Assembly: GCA_905250055.1 (NCBI GenBank)
Contig: CAJNOF010000061.1
Coordinates: 326,484-338,791, forward strand
Origin: Rotaria sp.
Lineage: Eukaryota
Length of the DNA stretch: 12,308 bases
Direction of reading: 5' to 3'
Program-made: the position numbers and the translations under genes
Notes under the pieces: model-generated
What the model was told of the DNA's origin: nothing
The model's input: only the letters and a program-made list of their open reading frames with translations
Databases searched by the model: none
Shown: piece after piece, positions 1 to 8,748 of the stretch
Layout: each line of letters starts with the position of its first letter
Position numbering within the stretch: the first letter of the stretch is position 1

Positions 1-1650
1 TATGCGGATTCTTACTTTAATCAAAGGAACTCTTTTTCGCACAATTAAATCTACAGCGAATACTTTTTTGAAGTAATTCAGCAGATCAAAAGATAAATGG
101 AAGCTCCAAACGGACTAAATGTCTTTCACGCGTACTATGAAACAATAAAAAATACAAATTCATGAGAATATAAATAATTATGGGAACCAGTCCCAAAAAA
201 AAGATTAATCTACTTTGAGCATTTACAGCTGTTTTCGTTGGAAAATATGATCATAAACATTTCTTACTATCTTTTACGAAGAAGAAAATGACTTATATAA
301 CCGTTTCAGAGACTATTTAATGTGAATAACGCTTGGAAACGCTGACTAGACGTAAAAACAGCAAGAAAAGTGATGATCACGTTTGTTCTTGCCGATTGTC
401 ACCGTTTCCTAACAGAACGGGTGATTATGGCAGTTTAAACGGCATTTTCAGCGGTTCACTTCTTCCTGGGAATACCTTGATAAAGACAAATCGAGGGAAC
501 CCAACTTTGATGAGCATGTTAAAAGGATAATAGATCACAGTAAATTTTCACGAAATTCGACTATTGACTCAGTTCCTTCTTCCTTGACCGAATCAGTAGG
601 ATTCTAGCGAAAGTACTCAGAAAGTGAGGTAGAATTGAGTAAAACTTGAAAATATACCAAGAATATCCTTTTCTGAATGCATCCGTTCAGACTTCATCTC
701 GTGAAATACTATTGTCGGATCCTTCATAACATTCTATTTCTAGAATAATGACGTTATTTTCCAACTGTATAAAATTTCTCGTTTGTACTAAGGGTGCCAT
801 AGTACCCTCAGCCACATAAACAGTCACTTATACCACACTTCTTTCACAAATATACCAGAAAACCAATATTTGTTTAATTTTAGGTGAAAATTATCAGTTA
901 TAGACTTTTTCTTATTTTCTATATTTTACGGTTTTTGGATCTGTCTGATTGTGTTTGTGCATTTTTTAAGTTTGTCTGTCATGTGAGATTGGATTTTGTT
1001 TGTTGTTATCTAAAGCCGAGCTTGTTAATGGTTTGAATGGCTCAGTTACCGATATTTTTTTCATTATGGTCTTACTTTTACCGTTTTTTTTAGTCAATAT
1101 TACTTTTGTGATAGTGTTGGCACTGCGCAAAAATTTCTGTCACTCAGCTTGCTGTGTTTGGCTTGTGCAATGATACGTTATCAAATTGAAATCAACAGTA
1201 TGAGAAAAATATATCGTCTTCTATATTGAAGGAGAAAGATACTCAGGTGACTTCATAAATTCGAGAAGAGTAAAAAGAAAAAGGGAATTTTCCATATAAA
1301 TGCTTTAGCACACAAACAGAGCAGACCAAACGTATGCAGAATAACGAATCAATAATCCACTTCAGGAAGAACGCGGATGTGAGTGTGGGAATAGATTTTA
1401 ACAGAATAGTGATATCCACACGTACGTCACATCTCATATTTGTGTTCTGTAATTATTATTATTAACGCGAAGGAATACTTAAAAAGACCACGTGTTGTGC
1501 AATAACAACATCGGCGGTCGTAAGAACGACAAATACAGATTCTTTTCTCTCTTTTTTTTATAGAGGCAATCTTGCACAATGTTTTGTAAAAACGTATTTC
1601 ATAGTTTCCTATGTAATACCTCTTTCATATTCTTGCTTTTTCCACATTTT

Positions 1651-1656
1651 TATAAG
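1651..1656 (+). promoter_or_regulatory. Candidate TATA box (TATAAG) about 50 bp upstream of the MVP start codon
   Basis: TATAAG lies in tttttataagtagg, 49 bp 5' of the ATG at 1705. This is positional inference only. Confidence 0.3.
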
Positions 1657-1704
1657 TAGGCATTGTTTTTCACATAGTCATTTACATTGTTATTAACCAA
1701 CGAT

Positions 1705-1901
1705 ATGCATTCATCAACTACAACTGCAACGACATCAAATAAAGGAGGTTCAAGTCCATTATATCGTATACCACCTTATTATTATATACATGTTTTGGAT
1801 CAAAATACAAATGTAACACGACTTGAAGTTGGTCCAAAAACATTTATTAAACAAGACAATGAAACAGTGACAGTTGGACCAGAAAAAATGATAACAGTAC
1901 C
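1705..1901 (+). CDS. MVP: Major vault protein, exon 1 (M..ITVP, phase-2 end)
   Basis: ATG at 1705; translation [52 protein letters not shown] matches the MVP N-terminus ([32 protein letters not shown]). Donor is cc|GTACGT at 1902. Confidence 0.88.
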
Positions 1902-1963
1902 GTACGTATATTATTCTAGAAGAAAAACATAAAAAATAAATAATTATTCTAAATTATGTTTAG

Positions 1964-2132
1964 ACCACGTCATTATTGTGTTGTTGAATCGCCTGTCGTA
2001 CGTAATGAAGCAGGAGTAGTTCAATTTGATGGAAATGGTCAGGCTAAACTTGTTCATGCTGACTTGGATGTTCGTCTTGCACAGCCTGATCAAGCACCAT
2101 TTCCACTTTATCCCGGAGAAATTCTTCGTCAA
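1964..2132 (+). CDS. MVP: Major vault protein, exon 2
   Basis: Acceptor is tgtttAG|a at 1962-1963. Completing the Pro codon gives [11 protein letters not shown]...[22 protein letters not shown], matching MVP PPRHYC...[21 protein letters not shown]. Donor is caa|GTATAA at 2133. Confidence 0.88.
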
Positions 2133-2202
2133 GTATAAAAATCAATATATTTTTTGTTCTGTACTGTTATGTTTTCAATATTTTATTGTTTTCTTTTTTC
2201 AG

Positions 2203-2511
2203 CCAGTTACTCCTCTAAAAGTTGTACCAGCTAATTCAGCCTTACGTTTGAAAGCTATACTTGATTTTGATGATGAGACAACAAAAGAAAAACGTCATGC
2301 TGGTGATGAATGGTTATTTGAAGGACCAGCTACATATATTCCACGAAAAGAAGTTAGTGTAGAAGAACAAATTCGTGCAACTGTTATTGGTCCGAATCAA
2401 GCTATTCGATTATGTGCAAAAAAAGAAATCATTGATCGAACAGGTCAACAACGTGTTACTGGTGAAGAATGGTTAATTAAAAAAAATGGTGCTTATTTAC
2501 CACTTGCATAT
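2203..2511 (+). CDS. MVP: Major vault protein, exon 3
   Basis: Acceptor is ttttttcAG at 2201-2202. [50 protein letters not shown] matches MVP repeat domains. Donor is tat|GTAAAT at 2512. Confidence 0.88.
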
Positions 2512-2573
2512 GTAAATGAAATTCTTTTTTCATCAAAGTTTTATTTTATTAATTAAATATTTCATTGTTCTAG

Positions 2574-2840
2574 GAAACCGTTCTTGCTGTTGAAAATGCT
2601 CATGTTTTAACAGATAAAAAAGCTCTTCATCTTCGTGCTCTAAAAACTTTTACAGATGATTTTGGTAAACAACGTATGAATGGTGAAGAATGGCTAATAA
2701 CTCTTAAGGATACTGAAACACATATTCTTAGTGTTTATGAACAATTAGTTGCTGTTGTTGATGTAATAACACTTAATTCACGTCAATATTGTGTTATTCT
2801 TGATCCAGTTGCTGATGGAAAACCACAATTGGGAAAAAAG
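2574..2840 (+). CDS. MVP: Major vault protein, exon 4
   Basis: Acceptor is gttctAG at 2572-2573. [46 protein letters not shown] matches MVP ([42 protein letters not shown]). Donor is aag|GTTTGT at 2841. Confidence 0.87.
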
Positions 2841-2862
2841 GTTTGTCATGATAGTTTTATTT

Positions 2863-3431
2863 TGTGAAACACAATCTAACAGGAATGTTGAAGTATATGG
2901 GTAGAAATTTGAACTTCTACTCCGCCCGCACAGACATGACGAATATCATAGCAATAATTCATTGCAGATAGAGATGTAAGCCGATGCATTTCGACTCAAC
3001 AATTTTCTTAATTTTGAGAGATTCTGAAATGAAAAAAGAAAAAAAAGGATAGTAGAGAACTTATTGGCAAGTAACCAGACAGTAACATTTTCGAAAACTG
3101 ATTTGAGACGTCAAAAATTTTCAAAAAAATCAAACATCTATTTTTGTGGCACGGTGACGTGACTCAATTGTTAGAGCATTGGCTCAGTCGATCAATTTGC
3201 ACCTGTAATCACAGATTTGACAGTTACGTTAGAAACGGCTCATCACAGAACATGATAGACATTATTCATATATGACCAAAGACTGTTTATCAATAACCTC
3301 TGGTTACAATATATGAACCATTTCCTTAGTACGCTTCTGGAAAAGGATGATGAAGAAATGCATGTACCCAAAATAGATAGAATAAAATAACTTTCATGTG
3401 ATTATTAATAGCAATGGCATCGTGTTTCACA
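2863..3431. mobile_element. 569-bp MITE-like non-autonomous element inside MVP intron 4, with terminal inverted repeats TGTGAAACAC(A/G)AT
   Basis: Left end tgtgaaacacaatc at 2863 and right end atcgtgtttcaca at 3419-3431 are inverted copies. No coding capacity is seen. Intron 4 is 652 bp versus 56-72 bp for the other six MVP introns. A related truncated copy lies at 5880-6060. Confidence 0.65.
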
Positions 3432-3492
3432 TTTTAATCCTGTAGGACTTAAGCTAACAATGTTTTTTTATTTGAATTTATTTCTTGTTTAG

Positions 3493-3677
3493 AAACTTAT
3501 TGTTGGTGAAAAATCATTTTTTCTTCAACCAGGTGAAAAACTCGAAAATGGTATTCAAGATGTTTTCATCTTGGGTGAAGATGAAGGTGTTATTCTTAGA
3601 TGTATTGAAGCATTTCATGATGAACAAGCTGGTACTAATAGAAATCCTGGTGATCGATGGATGATTCGTGGTCCAAC
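3493..3677 (+). CDS. MVP: Major vault protein, exon 5
   Basis: Acceptor is tgtttAG at 3491-3492. [41 protein letters not shown] matches [38 protein letters not shown]. Donor is ac|GTAGGA at 3678. Confidence 0.85.
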
Positions 3678-3744
3678 GTAGGAGCTTGATTTGTGTTTTG
3701 TTTTTGTTTTTGAAAATTAAAAAATCTTAATCTTTTATTTTTAG

Positions 3745-4711
3745 TGAATATATTCCTCCAACACAAGTTGCAGTTGTGACACGTCGAAAAGCAATACCTT
3801 TAGATGAAAATGAAGGTATTTATGTTCGTGATATAAAAACAGGTCGTGTACGAGCTGTTATTGGTGAAACTTATATGTTAACACATGATGAAGAACTTTG
3901 GCAAAAGGAATTACCTAAACAAGTTGAAAATTTACTTACACGTGATCCATTAGCTGAACGAAATATGCTAACTCGTAATCAAGCATCGGATAGACCTCAA
4001 CAACACGCAGCTACTACTATACAAGCAGCAAGTACACTATCAAGTACAACTGCACGTGATAATTCAAAATTAGTTACTTATCGTGTACCACATAATGCTG
4101 CTGTACAAATTTATGATTATAAATCTAAAAAAGCACGTATTATTTTTGGTCCAGAACTTGTCATGCTTGGTCCAGATGAACAATTTACATTACTTTCATT
4201 AAGTGGTGGCAAACCAAAAAAACCTAATCAAATTCAAGCACTTTGTTTACTTCTTGGTCCTGATTTTTTTACTGATGTTATCGTTATTGAAACAGCTGAT
4301 CATGCCCGTCTATCACTTCAACTTTCATATAGTAAATTGATGAATTATAATTTATTTAATATTCTTTATTTTACTTATTTAGATTGGCATTTCGAAGTGA
4401 AGGATATGAAGGATGAAAAAGAAACAGAAAAACTTTTTTCAGTTCCTGATTTTGTTGGTGATGCAGCTAAAGCAATTGCATCACGTATTCGTGGTGCTGT
4501 TGCTGGAACTCAATTTGATGATTTTCATAAGAATTCAGCACAAATTATTCGTGCGTCAGTATTTGGTCTTGATGCAAATCAACATATAAGAGATCAATTT
4601 GTTTTTCCACAAAATAATCTCGTTATTACATCAATTGATATTCAAAGTGTTGAACCAGTTGATCAACGAACACGTGACGCACTTCAGAAAAGTGTTCAAT
4701 TAGCTATTGAA
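3745..4711 (+). CDS. MVP: Major vault protein, exon 6 (shoulder/cap-helix region)
   Basis: Acceptor is ttttAG at 3743-3744. [152 protein letters not shown] is near-identical in motif order to vertebrate MVP. Donor is gaa|GTATGA at 4712. Confidence 0.9.
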
Positions 4712-4767
4712 GTATGAATAAATTAATTGATTTATTAGATCATAAATATATATAATAAATTCTTTAG

Positions 4768-5008
4768 ATAACAACAAATTCACAAGAGGCTGCAGCTAAA
4801 CATGAAGCTTCACGTCGTGAACAAGAAGCTAAAGGTTTATTAGAACGTCAGCGTATTAAAGATGAAGCCGAAGCTGAAGAAGTTCGAAAACAACTTCTTC
4901 TATTGCAAGCTGAATCAGCTATTGTTGAAATAACAGGTCAAGCTAAAGCTGAAGCACAAAGTCGTGCTGAATCTGCTCGAATTGAAGGAGAAGCCGGTGT
5001 TGAACAAG
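4768..5008 (+). CDS. MVP: Major vault protein, exon 7
   Basis: Acceptor is tctttAG at 4766-4767. [38 protein letters not shown] matches [52 protein letters not shown]. Donor is caag|GTACAA at 5009. Confidence 0.87.
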
Positions 5009-5080
5009 GTACAAAAAAAAACATTATAATACATATAGTAAATATTTAAATAATGAATTTTTTTTTCTTCTTTTCTATAG

Positions 5081-5481
5081 CTACTCTTAAAGCCAAAGCC
5101 GCACAAATTGAATCTGAATCTGAATTATTACGTCTAAAACTAGCACGTGAAGCTGAAATAAAATTTTTACGAGAAAAAAACGAATTAGAAATTAGTAAAA
5201 AAGCTGAAATCTCAAGAATTGAAACAGAAAAATTTAAGTCACAAGTTGAATCCATTGGTGCATCAACAATACAAGCCATTGCCACTTCTAGTTCAGATAC
5301 ACAAGTTAAACTTTTACAAGCACTTGGTCTTCAATCAATGTTAGTTACTGATGGTCATACGCCAATTAATCTTATGGGATTTGGGCAAGCTCTTTTAGGT
5401 GATTTTGCTGGTAGTCCAATTAAAAAAAGACGATTATCAACTGGTGTTTCGAATAAATTTAATGTCGAAGAAACTGAGTAG
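5081..5481 (+). CDS. MVP: Major vault protein, exon 8 (C-terminal coiled coil; stop TAG 5479-5481)
   Basis: Acceptor is ttttctatAG at 5079-5080. ATLKAKAAQIESESELLR..KFKSQVESIGASTIQAIA..TQVKLLQALGLQSMLVTDGHTPINL matches MVP [61 protein letters not shown]. Confidence 0.87.
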
Positions 5482-5578
5482 ATCAGACATGTGAAAATGT
5501 CATCGTCTTTAATTCATGTGTATTGAAGTTATTTTCTATACACTCGGTTTGATTTTTTTTTAATATTTATGTAAGAAT

Positions 5579-5584
5579 AATAAA
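5579..5584 (+). terminator. Candidate polyadenylation signal AATAAA for MVP
   Basis: aataataaattgaac lies about 100 bp downstream of the MVP stop codon in an AT-rich 3' flank. Confidence 0.35.
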
Positions 5585-5879
5585 TTGAACGAAAAAATTT
5601 ATATTAATTGAATTTTTCTGTTCGAAGCTAGACTTTGATTACTATAGAACAAACATTCAATTCGATAGAATTATTTTGTAGCAGATAAACATAAGTCAAG
5701 GGTGTGAACTACAGACTTCATTAGATTTCATAGGTACATATGAGTAAGATAATTTCGGTCTCGCAAGAACCGAAGTAAAAAACGACTGGCTCCGTTCACA
5801 TGTATTCGTAGGATTTCAAGCCCGAAGTCTTCGTTATTTTCCCTGCGTCTTGAGTATTATACTCATCTTTTGTTTCTTT

Positions 5880-6060
5880 TTTTATTGTGAAACACGATCT
5901 ATAAAGAAGTGTTGAAGTATATAGGTTAGAAATATTTAGATGGATGTAAAAGAAGAGAAGACCCTCCTTCGCCCTTCCCCCCACCACAGACCATGAGACA
6001 CTATATATCAATAATGGCTCGTTGCAATGTACTGACTACTTTCTTATTTTACTTCTGGAG
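5880..6060. repeat. Truncated second copy of the intron-4 element's 5' region (TGTGAAACACGATCTA...GTTGAAGTATATAGGTTAGAAAT...)
   Basis: About 100-180 bp align with 2863-3040: ttattgtgaaacacgatctataaagaagtgttgaagtatataggttagaaat versus ttttgtgaaacacaatctaacaggaatgttgaagtatatgggtagaaat. Further patches also match (cacagac..atga..atatca..ttgca). No matching right terminus was found nearby. Confidence 0.6.
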
Positions 6061-6819
6061 GATTAAAGTAAAAAAACGGATGGAGAAGTTCGTCTCAAGA
6101 TACATGAAAATACAACGATCATCGTGTAAATAGCTATGATAACTACATTGTATTTCAGATTTCAATGCCGTAGAGATTACTTTAGTAGCTTTTCTAGTGG
6201 TTTCGATGTTGGTCTATTATTGAATCGACGACTAGCTCCTTTTTCGGGCTTATCTCTTTTGAATTATGTTCTGATGCATCTCACTGATACGTTCATTCTC
6301 TTAAAACTATAGAATATTCCACTATAATCTTTAATTTCGGTTGGAACAACTTTTTTTCTCGTAGTTGTCAATATGTTTATAGAAGAATTTTTTCAGGAGT
6401 TGGCTAATTCGAATTCGAATATAAATGAAGAGCCTGTTGCTTGCTATCGATTCGAGAATAAATGCTAAAGTAGAAATCGAAACGTTTATGTACAATAGAT
6501 ATAGATAGGAGTAAATTGAGCTTTTATTCTCTTGCATTTATAATTTATATATAGGGGTGAATTGCAAAATTATTGTACCGTTATATTCTTATATGTAAAA
6601 GTTCAATATCTCGAGTTCTTCTCAGTCAATCTCTATGATTTTTTCAGGTTAGATTTCTCTAAGAAGTCCTCACTACCACACAAAAAAATCACAAATTTCA
6701 TCTTGAACTAATCTAGAGATATTGGATGCGTAACGTATAATAGATCGATTTTTACTGTCGCCTATAAGGAAAAAGTCATATAACCGATTGGTTCCTTCTT
6801 AATTGAACTTCAGAATTTT

Positions 6820-6862
6820 GCGGGCGTGGGTGTGGATGGGTGTGGATGGGGTGTGGGTGTGA
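6820..6862 (+). repeat. Degenerate telomeric-type repeat tract, G-rich on + strand (GGGTGT/TGTGGG-like with GGATGG variants)
   Basis: gcgggcgtgggtgtggatgggtgtggatggggtgtgggtgtga. Confidence 0.75.
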
Positions 6863-6885
6863 GACTTCTCCGGATGTCGGTACTC

Positions 6886-6960
6886 ACCCGCACATCCACG
6901 CCTACACCCACCCACATCCACACCCACCCACACATCCCACACCCGGCCACACCCACACCC
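6886..6960 (-). repeat. Degenerate telomeric-type repeat tract, C-rich on + strand (ACACCC-like); head-to-head with 6820-6862
   Basis: acccgcacatccacgcctacacccacccacatccacacccacccacacatcccacacccggccacacccacaccc. The reverse complement is a (GGGTGT)n-like tract that includes gtggatgtgggtgggtgt. Confidence 0.78.
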
Positions 6961-7285
6961 AAAATCAAACTCATAATGTTTTCGTTGTTTTCTTTCGTTC
7001 TCACCCAAAAGAAAAAAAGTAAAGTATCCAACGCATTGGCACTCAAATAATTCAATAGATGAAAAACAAACGAAAATTGGACAGAATAACAATGCAATTG
7101 CTAATGTTATTGGCAACCATATAATTAACTGCAACTAGGTAAAGTTTGTCTTAAGTGTCAACGAAACAAAAAAAACACATCCACATTTAATGTCGTAGAA
7201 AAATTTAAAAAAAGAAAGCCAACATCGAATTTATTTAGAAAAAACGAACTTTATTAAAATAGCAATTCACTGCGCAGTATACTCT

Positions 7286-7351
7286 CACTAATCGACGATC
7301 TTGTCCTATTCTTTCCAGGTTCTTGTTTTTCTTTACTTTCAGACAAGATTC
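7286..7351 (+). repeat. Left terminal inverted repeat of the 7286-8713 element
   Basis: See the element call. It begins CACTA. Confidence 0.75.
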
Positions 7352-7665
7352 CTGTATTCAGGCAAGATTCTTTTCGACAGGAAAGTAAAAAGAATCTTGT
7401 CTGAATTTCAAGATGACAAGAATCTCGTCTGATTAATCAGAAATAAAAGAATCAGGCAAGAATTATAAGATATTCAAGATATATTTAACGTTCAGACAAG
7501 ATTCTTGTTAAAAGAAAAGATAAAGAATCTTGTCTGAAGTTCAAGATCAAAAGAATCTTGTCTGAAAATTATGACAAAACAGAAACTGGAAAGAAATATA
7601 AGATATTTTAAATTTCTTAGTATTCAGACAAGATTCTTATGATAGAAAAGAAAAAGATTCTTGCC
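7338..7665. repeat. Left subterminal array: at least 9 copies of CAGACAAGATTCTT and its complement, several paired as hairpin-forming inverted repeats, interleaved with TTCAAGAT spacer motifs
   Basis: Examples: ttcagacaagattcttgttaaaagaaaagataaagaatcttgtctgaa at 7490-7537 (15-bp stem); aagaatcttgtctgaa at 7390; aagaatcttgtctgaaaa at 7549; cagacaagattctta at 7624. Confidence 0.8.
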
Positions 7666-8439
7666 AGCTTTTCAAGATCAACAGCACGTGATGTCGTCTT
7701 TGTATGATCAAATATATAAAGGCAATGTCTGAATGTTATTTATTCATTATTTCAATTGGATGTATAGAAAAAGTTTCCATTCGATATCGAGAAAACAGTG
7801 GAATATATGATATCTTTTTTTCCATTGTTTTCAGAAAACTTACACTTATTAAACACATTTCGATATTTTACCAATCCACATCTTTCTATTTTATTTTTTT
7901 TAGATTTTCTTTCATTATCCACAAAAGTGTTTTTTTAATGGACGAAGAAAATATTGATTCCATCAAAAAATTATTGTTTGATAATGTTCTTGGTAGTATA
8001 GGTAATATCTATATGCACTTTATATCTTTTTGATTAAAATACTATCTTTTTTAGTCATCACCACATACAGATAAACAACGTCGATGGCGTGCTAAGAAAA
8101 AAGATCAACATCATCGTACTCAATTATCTCTACATCATTTACTAATTGAACAAATTGTAAATAACTTATTTTAATCGAGCTAGCTCAACACACAACGATG
8201 ATGAAGTTTGAAAAAATAAGTATTTTTTTTGATAATTAAAATTTTGTTTTTTTTTGTATTAAAAACTGACACTGCTTTAACAACATGTGAAATTAAAAGT
8301 ATTTTTTTGTTTTTTTTTACATTTGTTGTACATAGTGTGCAAAGCTTATAATAAAACGATATGAAAAAAGAGTAATAATAACCTACAAAAGGCTTTTTAA
8401 TGTGACCAGAATTAGGCACGAAACACAAGAAATAAGAAA

Positions 8440-8661
8440 CAGACAAGAATTTAAGAAAAAAAGAATCAGGCAAGTACATCAAGAAAAATAAGAATCAGAC
8501 AAGAATTCAAGAAAAGCAAGAATACAAGAATCTTGTCTGGAGAAGAACTTCTTGCCTCACCAGCCAAGATTCGGTCTACACGAATCTTGTCAGAAAGGCA
8601 AGATCAGTTTTTTCAGGCAAGAATCTTGTATAGAAAGAATAGAAAAAGAATCTTGTCTGAA
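8440..8661. repeat. Right subterminal array of the same motif family (AAGAATCTTGTCTG, CAGGCAAGAATCTTG, AGAATCAGACAAGAATT variants)
   Basis: aagaatcttgtctgg at 8526; caggcaagaatcttgta at 8614; aagaatcttgtctgaaaacc at 8648; cagacaagaatttaag at 8440. Confidence 0.75.
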
Positions 8662-8713
8662 AACCAAGAAAAACAAGAACCTGGAAAGAATAGGGCAAGA
8701 TCGTCGATTGGTG
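8648..8713 (-). repeat. Right terminal inverted repeat of the 7286-8713 element
   Basis: Reverse complement matches 7286-7351 with 4-5 mismatches. Confidence 0.75.
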
Positions 8714-8748
8714 CTATTATGGATTAAACAACAGAGTTTTCGTTTAAA

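Larger units (their letters stand above)
7286..8713. mobile_element. 1428-bp non-autonomous DNA-transposon-like element with ~66-bp terminal inverted repeats (5'-CACTAATCGACGATCTTG...) and subterminal arrays of a 14-bp motif CAGACAAGATTCTT / AAGAATCTTGTCTG
   Basis: Left end 7286-7351 cactaatcgacgatcttgtcctattctttccaggttcttgtttttctttactttcagacaagattc. Reverse complement of 8648-8713 is caccaatcgacgatcttgccctattctttccaggttcttgtttttcttggttttcagacaagattc, giving about 62/66 identity. Motif copies in both orientations cluster at 7338-7665 and 8440-8661. No transposase-length ORF is present. The element ends 35 bp upstream of the ART ORF start. Confidence 0.75.

Noticed and set aside
1-1704. Search for an upstream gene, a tRNA or an SINE (A/B boxes)
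   Set aside because: In 1-1704 and 5482-6819 I found no ORF above 65 aa with coding-like composition, no cloverleaf-compatible segment and no GGTTCGANTCC-type B box.
2026-2556. Long ORF (176 aa) whose first ~60 residues ([21 protein letters not shown]...) precede MVP exon 3
   Set aside because: The N-terminal part is exon 2 in another frame plus intron 2 read-through. Homology to MVP begins only at the acceptor at 2203. The same applies to the ORF-track start at 1687 (TTG; the true ATG is at 1705) and to MNFFFFFSIATL at 5053, which is the intron 7 polypyrimidine tract.
2863-2875. GAAAC in the MITE terminus (tgtgaaacac) as a possible hammerhead ribozyme core, as in some SINEs and Penelope-like elements
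   Set aside because: No CUGAUGA box and no three-helix arrangement were found around it in either copy. The nearby ctgatgg at 2806 lies in coding sequence.
6799-7134. ORFs of 95-111 aa (and 10101-10517, 60-105 aa) that read through the telomeric-repeat tracts, giving GCGCGWVWVWV / HTHTHTHPHPHP-type peptides
   Set aside because: These are translation artefacts of hexamer repeats: low complexity, present in several frames on both strands, with no start or stop context.
7944-7957. Exact 14-mer gaagaaaatattga shared with 10107-10120 (just after the ART truncation point), plus loosely similar following about 30 bp and agtatagg
   Set aside because: The sequence is AT-rich, and the expected number of chance 14-mer matches in 12 kb is not negligible. 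The similarity decays immediately, so I could not establish a real repeat.
7704-8033. 109-aa ORF inside the TIR element
   Set aside because: It is very AT-rich, low-complexity and Phe/Ile-rich, with no recognisable similarity to any protein. Only its last ~20 codons are considered in the speculative spliced small ORF finding.
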